Assembly (NCBI GenBank): GCA_964572285.1
Contig: CAZNEL010000001.1
Coordinates: forward strand, 1-58,808
Reading direction: 5' to 3'
DNA length: 58,808 nt
Origin: an uncultured Dehalococcoidales bacterium
GTDB lineage: Bacteria > Chloroflexota > Dehalococcoidia > Dehalococcoidales > JAUVZE01
Below, piece by piece: positions 44,632 through 52,898 of this stretch (position 1 is the stretch's first letter; the number at the start of each line of letters is the position of its first letter). A program made the position numbers and the translations under genes. The notes beneath the pieces are model-generated. The model saw only the letters and a program-made list of their open reading frames with translations, ran no database searches and was not told the DNA's origin.

Positions 44632-45029
44632 GCTATCATCAACTCGAGAATAAACAAAAAGGGAAGCAGAACTGCTTCCCAATTATCGCCTTGGTAGCCC
44701 ATATTGGAAGCATTCCGAACTTTTCTTCGAGAAGAACCAGTTTGTTCCCTTGCTTTTTTGCATATAGCATCAGCGTGCAGACCCGAGCCTCCTTTCCCTT
44801 GGCTCGCAAAAAAAGAAACTACGAATGTTACGAAATTGCACTGCGGATTCTGAGGTGCTACTATCACCGTTTGCGCCCCGGTTCCACAGCCAGCTTCCAG
44901 AACTAATCCGTCCGGGCGGAACACAGAATCGTGATGGAGCAAATAGCTTAATGTATTGGCCTGGTCGGAAAGTCGTTGGAACTCTGTAATTGAATAGCCG
45001 TGAACGTAAGTACTGTCGTTCATAGCCAC
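44628..45029 (-). pseudogene. Truncated/frameshifted class I SAM-dependent methyltransferase
   Basis: The first ~60 aa look genuine (YVHGYSITEFQRLSDQ...VLEAGCGTGAQTVIVAPQNP). After NPQCNF the translation loses all methyltransferase character. It crosses T7 and A6 homopolymer runs and reads through a terminator hairpin. Confidence 0.55.
44651..44680 (-). terminator. Intrinsic terminator (9-bp GC-rich hairpin plus U-run on the minus strand)
   Basis: GGGAAGCAG-AA-CTGCTTCCC at 44661-44680. The minus strand continues TTTTTGTTTATT. It lies inside the tail of ORF 44628-45029. Confidence 0.65.
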
Positions 45030-45047
45030 TATTTTATCACGTGACTT

Positions 45048-45281
45048 GTGCTACGGCAATTTGAGAAAGTAGAAACAACCAAGAAAACTCTTGAAAAGCT
45101 AAGAGATACGAATCTTAAGACGGCGAACTTCCAGGAGAAGGCTGAGTTTGTAGCTGGACTTGGGATTAAGATATACCCCAGCGAAGATTTAACCTATATG
45201 CGCATGTATTGCGGATTGAATATTACGGAGCCCCAGAAGGTTTCATGTTACACAACCAGCATCGCATCACCGAAACTATAG
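45048..45281 (+). pseudogene. Probable C-terminal remnant of a large serine recombinase
   Basis: 77-aa GTG ORF. LEKLRDTNLKTANFQEKAEFVAGLGIKIYPSED resembles the C-terminal tail of large serine recombinases. It has no catalytic domain and overlaps the queA 3' end by 34 nt. Confidence 0.35.
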
Positions 45282-46288
45282 AAACGATACTTCTGAGCTA
45301 TGGCTTCCTCGTAAGCCCGATTAATCAGGTTTTTACCGGCAAAGGCGGTAACCAGCATCAGTAGCGTTGACTTGGGCAGGTGAAAATTGGTAATAAGGGC
45401 ATCCGTCAGGCAGAACTGATATCCAGGCAGTATAAACAGGCTCACCCAACCATCAAACGGCTCCAAAACAGCTGTTTTACTATTCTGAGCTGCCTGCTCT
45501 ACTATTCTCACCGTAGTGGTGCCCACACAGATAATTCTCCGCCCTTCCGCTTTAGCTTTAGACAACTGGCTGGCCACCTCTTGGGTTATCACACCATATT
45601 CCTTGTAGATAGGATGCTCAAGTGGGTTCTCCTCTCTAACCGGCCGGAAGGTATCAAGCCCCACATGGAGGGTGACAAACTGGCAATGAACCCCCTTTTG
45701 CTCTAGTCTATTCAGCAGTTGAGAGGTAAAATGCAGACCAGCCGTCGGTGCCGCTACACTACCGTCTACAGCAGCATACACCGTCTGATAACGTTTGGGG
45801 TCAGCCAGTGGAACATGTATGTAAGGTGGTAAAGGAGTCTTGCCCACCCTGGGCAGTAGCGTTTCATCTGAGAATTTTACCACCCTTATCCCATCCTGCC
45901 TTTTTTCAGTTACCCGAGCCAGAACCTTAGGCTGTTTACCATTCTCAGAATTATTGGTTACCTCAATTATGGTACCAACATCAAACCGCTTGCCCGGTTT
46001 GACCAGTGCCTCCCAACCAGCATCGTCAGCCCGGCGTAGCAGCAGAATCTCTACTTTACCACCGCTATCAACTTTCCTGCCATTGAGACGCGCCGGAATT
46101 ACCCGGCTATCATTAAATACTAAAACGTCCCCAGTCCGTAAATAGTCGACTATTTCAAAAAACTTGTGGTGTTCTATGGAGCCATCGCTGCGGTTAAGCA
46201 CCATGAGCCGTGATTCATCTCTCGGTTCAACCGCCGTTTGAGCGATTAGTTCAGTTGGAAAAGGGTAGTCAAAATCACCAGTTTTCAT
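45248..46288 (-). CDS. queA: S-adenosylmethionine:tRNA ribosyltransferase-isomerase
   Basis: 346 aa with FDYPFPTELIAQ, PTAGLHFT and FYSFGDAML. Confidence 0.94.
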   Translation of the reverse strand: MKTGDFDYPFPTELIAQTAVEPRDESRLMVLNRSDGSIEHHKFFEIVDYLRTGDVLVFNDSRVIPARLNGRKVDSGGKVEILLLRRADDAGWEALVKPGKRFDVGTIIEVTNNSENGKQPKVLARVTEKRQDGIRVVKFSDETLLPRVGKTPLPPYIHVPLADPKRYQTVYAAVDGSVAAPTAGLHFTSQLLNRLEQKGVHCQFVTLHVGLDTFRPVREENPLEHPIYKEYGVITQEVASQLSKAKAEGRRIICVGTTTVRIVEQAAQNSKTAVLEPFDGWVSLFILPGYQFCLTDALITNFHLPKSTLLMLVTAFAGKNLINRAYEEAIAQKYRFYSFGDAMLVV

Positions 46289-46295
46289 CGTCTAT

Positions 46296-46325
46296 AGTAT
46301 AACCCACCCCCAAAAATTTTGTCTA
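46296..46325 (-). promoter_or_regulatory. Promoter TAGACA-N18-TATACT ending 7 nt before the queA ATG (leaderless-type)
   Basis: On the minus strand the -10 is at 46296-46301 and the -35 at 46320-46325. There is no SD between the -10 and ATG 46288. Confidence 0.45.
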
Positions 46326-46335
46326 ACACGTCAAT

Positions 46336-46364
46336 TTGACCAGTTGAAGGTACGAAAGTATAAT
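46336..46364 (+). promoter_or_regulatory. Sigma70 promoter TTGACC-N17-TATAAT for mtaB
   Basis: Hexamers at 46336-46341 and 46359-46364. GGAG SD before ATG 46384. Confidence 0.7.
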
Positions 46365-46383
46365 CCCACTATAGGAGTAGAGG

Positions 46384-47643
46384 ATGAATGACCAGCCACA
46401 AACCACCAGGGTTGCCTTAGAAACCCTGGGCTGTAAACTCAATCAAGCCGAGACTGAACTTCTGGCTAGACAATTTGCTGGGGCTGGCTACCATCTGGTA
46501 TCCCCGACTGACGGTGCCGATGTCTACATACTTAATACCTGTACGGTAACTCATATTGCCGACCGCAAAGCTCGTCACCTGCTACGGTTAGCCCACCGCC
46601 ACAACCCATCTGCCCGCCTAGTTGCTACTGGCTGTTATGCTCAGCGAGCGCCACATGAGCTATCCCAGATTGAAGGGGTCAGTTTTGTCTTGAACAATGG
46701 TGAAAAACCACGGCTCCTACGGCTACTGGAAGAGTCTGGTTGTCTAACTAATCCTGCTCAGGGCTCTACTACCACCCCGCATAATAGAACTCGCTCCTTC
46801 ATCAAGGTTCAGGATGGCTGTAACAGCTTCTGCGCCTACTGCATTGTCCCCTTTGTCCGCGGCAGGGAGAAAAGCCTGCCTGCTGACCGAGTTGTTGAAG
46901 AGATCAAACATCAAACCAGGGATGGCTACAAAGAAGTGGTGCTGACCGGCACTGAGATTGGTTCGTATAACTATGACGGTATTAATTTAAGGGGATTGCT
47001 GGAGCAAATCCTCTCTCGGACCGAGGTCGCCAGGTTAAGGCTGTCCTCCCTCCAACCCCAGGAAATATCCCGAGAACTTATTGGACTATGGTGTGACAAA
47101 CGATTATGCCGCCATTTTCACCTGTCCTTGCAAAGTGGTAGTGATAGTGTACTTAGCCGTATGAAAAGGCACTATTCCACCGGTGACTACCGACAGGCAA
47201 TCTCTATAATTCGAGAGCTGGTGCCTGACACAGCTATCACCACCGATATTATTGTCGGCTTCCCCGGCGAAACCGACGATGAATTTGAGGAGAGCTACAA
47301 TTTTTGCCAGCAGATGGGTTTTGCCCGCATTCATGTTTTCTCTTACTCACTACGCCGGGAGACTCAGGCTGCCAAGATGCCCAACCAGGTAGGGGATAAA
47401 GTTAAGCGAGAGCGAAGCGAGCGGATGCTGGCGTTAGCTAAAGAGGTTACACAGAACTTCAGCCGGCAATTCCTGGGTAAGACGATGACGGTATTATGGG
47501 AGAAGCAAACTAGCGGTGTCTGGTCTGGCCTCACCGACAATTATATTAAGGTGTATACTAAAAGTAATGAAGACTTAACCAATAAGCTGCTGCCGGTAAA
47601 ACTGGCTGAAATTAGCGGGGATGGGGTGTGGGGGGAGAGATAA
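46384..47643 (+). CDS. mtaB: tRNA t6A37 methylthiotransferase (MtaB-type radical SAM)
   Basis: 419 aa. N-terminal LETLGCKLNQAE and radical-SAM cluster CNSFCAYC. Confidence 0.85.
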   Translation: MNDQPQTTRVALETLGCKLNQAETELLARQFAGAGYHLVSPTDGADVYILNTCTVTHIADRKARHLLRLAHRHNPSARLVATGCYAQRAPHELSQIEGVSFVLNNGEKPRLLRLLEESGCLTNPAQGSTTTPHNRTRSFIKVQDGCNSFCAYCIVPFVRGREKSLPADRVVEEIKHQTRDGYKEVVLTGTEIGSYNYDGINLRGLLEQILSRTEVARLRLSSLQPQEISRELIGLWCDKRLCRHFHLSLQSGSDSVLSRMKRHYSTGDYRQAISIIRELVPDTAITTDIIVGFPGETDDEFEESYNFCQQMGFARIHVFSYSLRRETQAAKMPNQVGDKVKRERSERMLALAKEVTQNFSRQFLGKTMTVLWEKQTSGVWSGLTDNYIKVYTKSNEDLTNKLLPVKLAEISGDGVWGER

Positions 47644-47668
47644 AAAAGTCTTAAGGTATTTATAGTTA

Positions 47669-47677
47669 TGTTATAAT
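47669..47677 (+). promoter_or_regulatory. Extended -10 TGTTATAAT within the dyad TGTTATAATTAACA (47669-47682) upstream of the DUF5343-like/HEPN cassette
   Basis: TG at 47669-47670 and TATAAT at 47672-47677. Lies 45 nt upstream of ATG 47722. Confidence 0.5.
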
Positions 47678-47721
47678 TAACATAAGTGCCACAAGTAAAT
47701 CTTTGAGATAAGGGGGTAAAA

Positions 47722-48330
47722 ATGGCTAAATTTGAATTTCCATATACACCAAGCCCTAAAAACGTGCCTGAGCTACTCGATAAAATACAGACGATTGGTA
47801 TGCCAAAAGATAAGGTTAACCTTAGCTATCTTAAGTCGCTCGGCTTTAAGAGTAGTTATGACACTTATCTGCCACCTGTCCTCAAATTCCTAGGCTTTGT
47901 GAATGCTGATGGTTCACCTACTAGTATATGGCAACAGTATGGCGTCAAAAAGCAGGCGCGTTCTGTAATGGCCTCGGCAATCAAGAACGCCTATTCTGTG
48001 CTATTTCATACGTATGAGGATGCTCACGCACAGACGAATACTGCATTGGTGGATTTCTTTAAAGCACGAACGGGGGCTTCTGATAAGGATGCAGGTCTCT
48101 TGGTTCAAACATTCCAAAATTTATGTACCTTAGCAGATTTCGAGGCTGTTCCTGCGGAAGCCGTAGTTTCTGAGCCTCTTACATCTCCAAAAGAAGAAGC
48201 TGCTCGTATTCCCCCAGTAACGCCTGGGCTTACAGTTAATATTAATGTTCAACTAACTCTACCTGCTACTGATGACGAAACTGTTTATGATAAGCTGTTT
48301 GCTTCTTTGAAGAGGAACTTGTTATCTTGA
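47722..48330 (+). CDS. DUF5343-like protein
   Basis: 202 aa with GGGGG SD. The N-terminal ~130 aa (VPELLDKIQTIGMPKDKVNLSYLKSLGFKSSYDTYLPPVLKFLGFVNADGSPT) matches my recollection of DUF5343. A Pro/Ala/Glu-rich linker and a ~40-aa tail follow. Confidence 0.5.
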   Translation: MAKFEFPYTPSPKNVPELLDKIQTIGMPKDKVNLSYLKSLGFKSSYDTYLPPVLKFLGFVNADGSPTSIWQQYGVKKQARSVMASAIKNAYSVLFHTYEDAHAQTNTALVDFFKARTGASDKDAGLLVQTFQNLCTLADFEAVPAEAVVSEPLTSPKEEAARIPPVTPGLTVNINVQLTLPATDDETVYDKLFASLKRNLLS

Positions 48331-48342
48331 GGTAGTGTATAA

Positions 48343-48867
48343 GTGATTAAGAACCTATTATCGAGAGCCCGAGTTTTCGAGCGAGAGGCTCATGTTATAC
48401 TTTCTTACCACGAAACTTCACTGTCCCGTGTTGTTTTGCTTGATGAAACTTATAAAGAGTTGGGGCAGCTCAGCTTACGCCAAGACGAGCTCTTTCGGCA
48501 AGCTCTTAGTTGCTTGGAGGGTCGGTTCTTCAGAGCCGCAATTGTAATGGCTTGGGCAGGATTCATGGACTATTTGGAAGAAAAGATAGAGTCAGATAAC
48601 TTTAATGAACTTCGAAAAGTGAGGGCGAATTGGCCTATCAAGACTATAGAAGACCTTAGAGAACATGTTCCTGAATATCAAGTAGTCGAGGCTTGCAAAG
48701 ACATAGGATTGTGCTCAAGAAACGAGGTGAGAGCGCTTCTGGGTCTCCTCAATAAAAGGAACGAGTGTGCCCATCCCAGCAACTATTTCCCTGATTTGAA
48801 TGAGTGTCTTGGTTTCATTTCCGAGGTACTTAACCGGATTGAAATGCTACAACATAAGACCCTTTAG
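48343..48867 (+). CDS. Predicted HEPN-domain protein (Rx4H motif)
   Basis: 174 aa, GTG start 12 nt after the previous stop. Helical-looking sequence with LLNKRNECAHPS (R-N-E-C-A-H = Rx4H) near the C-terminus. Confidence 0.55.
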   Translation: MIKNLLSRARVFEREAHVILSYHETSLSRVVLLDETYKELGQLSLRQDELFRQALSCLEGRFFRAAIVMAWAGFMDYLEEKIESDNFNELRKVRANWPIKTIEDLREHVPEYQVVEACKDIGLCSRNEVRALLGLLNKRNECAHPSNYFPDLNECLGFISEVLNRIEMLQHKTL

Positions 48868-48934
48868 CCGAGACATAGTTCTAATCCGCTCTACTATCCT
48901 TCCTTTCAACCTCCACCCCTAAACCACCGCCGCC

Positions 48935-49291
48935 TCAATCTGTTTTTTGAGCGGTTTTAATCAGGTCTTTGACAGTTCGGCTCGGCATCAGGAAGCTCTC
49001 TTCCGAGACATCTTCCTCAATGACCCTCAGGTTCTCCAGCAGAGCACAGAAGTTGATTGCCCAGCCAATGCCGAATACCGGCGCAGAAAAAATTCGGCGG
49101 TCGTAGGGATTCCAGTAAGATTCCTTGACTCTCTCAAAAGAGGGCATCCGGAAATCATAGGGGAAAAAGCCCGCTATCCTCCCGTGCCATTCTCTTTCCT
49201 CCTCAGGCTTTTCTAACTCCTGGAATACAACAGCCAGGGTGAGAGCCACTGCGATAACCTGAATTATTCTGGTAAACCATCCCCTATCCAT
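48935..49291 (-). CDS. Small membrane protein with GIGWAINF motif (DUF5808-like by recollection)
   Basis: 118 aa with an N-terminal TM helix and AGGAG SD. Confidence 0.45.
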   Translation of the reverse strand: MDRGWFTRIIQVIAVALTLAVVFQELEKPEEEREWHGRIAGFFPYDFRMPSFERVKESYWNPYDRRIFSAPVFGIGWAINFCALLENLRVIEEDVSEESFLMPSRTVKDLIKTAQKTD

Positions 49292-49478
49292 ATCGTACTC
49301 CTTTACCTGCTTGATTCTACCTTAAAACTACCAGGGTTTCAATACCCTATTTACCAGATTTATATCTATCTAACCACTGCATGGTTAGATACTAAAACAC
49401 AAACGACACGGTTCAGCAACCAGTCAGTACTCTAAGAAAAAATTAAAGGAGAGAGGTAGGCAAAACTCTATAAACCCC

Positions 49479-50207
49479 TTACAGATAGTACCCCTTATTA
49501 TCCCTGGGTGGCTGCGCAGGCTTCTCCTCCTTCTCCTGCGTAGTCTGGGGAGACTTTATTCCCGATAGCTCTCTGGCAAACTTGACACTGGGAGGCTCTA
49601 TCTCAGTTCTGGCAAATCTCTTGAGTTCACTGAGGATGTCTTGAAAATTCTGTACAAAGGCGTTATACTCTGCTACAAATCGATTATACTGCTCTACAAT
49701 TTCCTGAGGAAGCTCAATATTCTCTGCCAATTCGTAAAACTGCTCGACAAATTCATGGTAATGGCTGCTTATCAGCCACAACTCATTCAAATAGGTGCGC
49801 AGGTAAGTTTTAAAACTTCTGGCTCTAACGTCACTTTCTACGCGGCTAACGAAGCTACTACTCCAGGTATTGAAGACTCGCTGAGACATGTCACACGCTC
49901 GTGCCCAATCCCACAATTTAGGATTATCAACATTAAATAAACTCTCTATGATAGCAAAGATAGATAGGGATGAATTGCCCATAAAGCGGCGATTGAAATA
50001 TCCAGCCAGTTGTCTGAGTTTCCACGACAATTTCTCCAGGTCTTTCTCTCTAGCACCAGTTACTGCCGTCACCAAGCCGATAACCAGGATAATAATTAGT
50101 ATTGGGGCTAGGATTTCTATTGGCCATTCATATCGATAACCAATCACTGCCAGCGCCGTTATCAGGATAGGACTCCAACCTAAAGTCAATATGGTTCTTA
50201 GTACCAT
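49479..50207 (-). CDS. Hypothetical membrane-anchored protein (2 N-terminal TM helices plus a helical cytoplasmic domain)
   Basis: 242 aa. Starts 12 nt after argF. No family recognised. Confidence 0.5.
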   Translation of the reverse strand: MVLRTILTLGWSPILITALAVIGYRYEWPIEILAPILIIILVIGLVTAVTGAREKDLEKLSWKLRQLAGYFNRRFMGNSSLSIFAIIESLFNVDNPKLWDWARACDMSQRVFNTWSSSFVSRVESDVRARSFKTYLRTYLNELWLISSHYHEFVEQFYELAENIELPQEIVEQYNRFVAEYNAFVQNFQDILSELKRFARTEIEPPSVKFARELSGIKSPQTTQEKEEKPAQPPRDNKGYYL

Positions 50208-50219
50208 ATTAGCCCCCTT

Positions 50220-51158
50220 TTATAGAGAACTCAGTGATATCTCCAGGCCGCCCAGCATTTGCGCCAGCAGCGCTTTCTGAAGGTGCATTCTATTCTCAGC
50301 CTGGTCAAAGATTACTGACCTGGGAGTATCCAGGATACCTTCCGCTACCTCCTCGCCATGGTGCGCGGGCAAGGGGTGCATTAATATAGCATCTTCCTTG
50401 GCTAAAGACAAGAGTTCACCATTTATCTGGTAGTCAGCAAAAATTTGGTGCCGCTTTTCAGCCTCGGCTTCCTGTCCCATACTTGCCCACACGTCGGTAT
50501 AAAGTACATCAGCTCCGCTAGCAGCCAATTGTGGCTTTTCGGTGCAAAGTATCTCGGCACCATTCTCCTTGGCGTAACGTTGAGCCGTGAGTAATACTCG
50601 CTCTTGAACAGCATAACCCTTAGGATGCGCAATCCTGAAATTCATCCCCGCAAGTGCTGCTGCCAGCATCAGGCTATGAGCCACGTTGTTGCCATCGCCA
50701 ATAAAAGCTAAGGTCAAACCACCCAGCTCCCCCTTTTTTTCGTAGATGGTAAGCAGATCAGCTAAAGCCTGGCAAGGATGTTCTAAATCAGACAGAGCGT
50801 TTATCACCGGCACACTCGAATATTCCGCCAGTATCTCCAGAGTACGATGCGAAAAGGTGCGGGCCGTAATAACATCCACGTAGCGACTGAGTACCCGGGC
50901 TACATCCGGGACTGACTCACGCCCCCCCAATCCAACTTCAGCCGGGGAAAGATAAATAGTCTCTCCACCCAACTGCCGCATGGCTAACTCAAAGCTAACT
51001 CGCGTCCTTAGCGACGGCTTCTCAAACATGATAGCTAACGTTTTTCTTTCAAGCAGAGATGACCAACCCTCAGCTTTCAGATTTACAGCCTTTGCTATAA
51101 GTAAACGAATATCCTCGCTGTTAAGATCAGTGATAGAAATTAAGTCTTTGCCTTTCAA
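50220..51158 (-). CDS. argF: Ornithine carbamoyltransferase
   Basis: 312 aa with SLRTR, HPCQALADL, DVWASMGQE and HPLPAHHGEEV. Confidence 0.9.
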   Translation of the reverse strand: MKGKDLISITDLNSEDIRLLIAKAVNLKAEGWSSLLERKTLAIMFEKPSLRTRVSFELAMRQLGGETIYLSPAEVGLGGRESVPDVARVLSRYVDVITARTFSHRTLEILAEYSSVPVINALSDLEHPCQALADLLTIYEKKGELGGLTLAFIGDGNNVAHSLMLAAALAGMNFRIAHPKGYAVQERVLLTAQRYAKENGAEILCTEKPQLAASGADVLYTDVWASMGQEAEAEKRHQIFADYQINGELLSLAKEDAILMHPLPAHHGEEVAEGILDTPRSVIFDQAENRMHLQKALLAQMLGGLEISLSSL

Positions 51159-51243
51159 ATAATCCTCCTTAGCAATCTTGACTATAAAATACAGTATATC
51201 ACGATAAATAGTTATTCAGTAGGGTGGTTAACTAATATCTAAT

Positions 51244-51498
51244 TTATGATTCTTCTATTTTTTCTACTTCAATGGTGCACTCAGTTACCAGCGCTGCGAA
51301 AGCCGCCACAGCAGCGAGAACCGGGGCAGCCATGATACTGACTACTGCCGCTGGAGCACCTATACTCAGCGGAATCTCTATCACGACTCGTCCCTCATGC
51401 AGAAGACGTACCCTTCTGATATTCCCTTCGTGTATCAGCTGCTTAATCTTCTCAACCAGCTGGCTTCCCGATACGGTAAACTTTTCGCTATTGGTCAT
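51244..51498 (-). CDS. DUF4342-like small protein
   Basis: 84 aa with IHEGNIRRVRLLHEGRVVIEIPLSIGA plus an Ala/Val-rich hydrophobic stretch. Confidence 0.6.
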   Translation of the reverse strand: MTNSEKFTVSGSQLVEKIKQLIHEGNIRRVRLLHEGRVVIEIPLSIGAPAAVVSIMAAPVLAAVAAFAALVTECTIEVEKIEES

Positions 51499-51642
51499 TT
51501 CACACCCCCCGCTAGTATAGTTTACTATGAAATTTGACTTATCGGCAACCCTTTGTCAACCTTAAGATTACACCAGTGAACTTTGATTTTTGAGAATGCC
51601 TTTAGCTTGACAAAGAGATATAGGCCGATTAGCATTATAAAT

Positions 51643-51913
51643 GAGGTCGTGCTAGGCGGGGAGCTAGCGGTGCCCTGAACCCGCAATCCGCTATAGCGGG
51701 GTTGAACTCCTGTTTGAGGTCTTAGTCTGGTGGAACTACTCTGGTTAAACGGTGTTGAGGGTTGGGTCCTGCGCGGCAGAGCGCTATGAAGCACGTCAGG
51801 TCCGAGAGGAAGCAGCGGTAAATAGTAGTCTCTGGGTGCCGCAGGGTCGCCTAACCGGAGCCGGCTAGTCTGAGCAAGCCATGAGGCGGGGTCAAGGGCA
51901 GGTGCACGGCCTC
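51643..51913 (+). ncRNA. ffs: Signal recognition particle RNA, large (Bacillus/archaeal-like, Alu-domain-containing) type, ~270 nt
   Basis: Domain IV hallmark GTCAGGTCCGAGAGGAAGCAGC at ~51796-51817. The terminal helix pairs GAGGTCGTGC (51643-51652) with GCACGGCCTC (51904-51913). The ends are approximate. Confidence 0.85.
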
Positions 51914-51959
51914 ATAGATTGGTATTAGCGAATCTGATTGTAGTCTCAGCGTCAGAAGA

Positions 51960-52898
51960 ATGAAACGCTTCTCGGGGATTCTTGCAGACCGTAACTTGAA
52001 AGCAAAGTCACTCTTAGCTCAAACCAGAGGGTTGTTACGCCAATCCCATCTTCGGATAAGAAAAAGACTGGGGCAGCACTTTCTTGTCGATGAGACAGTA
52101 TTGGAAACTGTTACATCAGCAGCTGAACTTACTACCGACGACATTATTCTGGAAATCGGACCTGGCCTGGGTATCTTAACCAGAGAGCTAGCCAGACAAG
52201 CCGGCTGGGTGCTAGCCATTGAGCTAGACAATAAGCTGGCTGCTATTCTGGAACAGAACCTAACCTCTTTTAATAACATCACTATTGTTAATGGTGATAT
52301 ACTAAAGCTTGACCCGGTGGCTTTGCTTCAAGAGCAAAAGTCAAACTTCCCGCCAGCATTAACCAATCTCTCTAACTACAAGGTAGTAGCTAACCTCCCC
52401 TATTACATTACCTCCCTTGTTTTACGTCATTTTCTAGAAGCTTCGATTAAGCCTCAGACTATGGTGGTAATGGTGCAAAAAGAGGTAGCTGAGACTATTG
52501 TAGCTAGACCCGGCCAGATGAGTGTGCTGAGTATCAGCGTACAACTCTACGGAGAACCAAGGATAATAGACTATGTACCAGCCCGCTGCTTTTACCCTGT
52601 CCCAGAGGTTGACTCAGCTATATTACGAATTGACCTGTATCCTCAGCCAGCAGTAGAGGTAGCCAGTGAGAGTGACTTTTTTGGGCTGGTACGAGCCGGG
52701 TTTGCTTCCCCCCGCAAGCAGCTAGCTAATTCTCTGGCTCAAGGCATGGGAAAAGCGAAGGCTGAAATTTTGCCATTGTTAGCGGAGTCAGGCATTATGC
52801 CACAGCGGCGAGCAGAGACTCTCACCTTGAGCGAATGGGCACAGTTATTGCATATATTCAACGAGGAGAAATATGCTGACAGTTCTGGCACCAGCTAA
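51960..52898 (+). CDS. rsmA: 16S rRNA (adenine1518/1519-N6)-dimethyltransferase
   Basis: 312 aa with GQHFLVD, LEIGPGLGILT and VANLPYYIT. The true start may be downstream. Confidence 0.9.
   Translation: MKRFSGILADRNLKAKSLLAQTRGLLRQSHLRIRKRLGQHFLVDETVLETVTSAAELTTDDIILEIGPGLGILTRELARQAGWVLAIELDNKLAAILEQNLTSFNNITIVNGDILKLDPVALLQEQKSNFPPALTNLSNYKVVANLPYYITSLVLRHFLEASIKPQTMVVMVQKEVAETIVARPGQMSVLSISVQLYGEPRIIDYVPARCFYPVPEVDSAILRIDLYPQPAVEVASESDFFGLVRAGFASPRKQLANSLAQGMGKAKAEILPLLAESGIMPQRRAETLTLSEWAQLLHIFNEEKYADSSGTS

Noticed and set aside
51606-51618. 13-mer CTTGACAAAGAGA shared between the SRP RNA upstream region and the 15812-15824 (minus strand) cassette promoter.
   Set aside because: Exact 13-mer coincidences are expected many times by chance in a 59-kb window scanned on both strands. 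The shared part is mostly a consensus -35. The spacing to any -10 at the SRP RNA locus is non-canonical (20-23 nt), so I did not call that promoter.
51525-51794. 89-aa minus-strand ORF.
   Set aside because: It overlaps the SRP RNA gene on the opposite strand, and the region is explained by the ncRNA.
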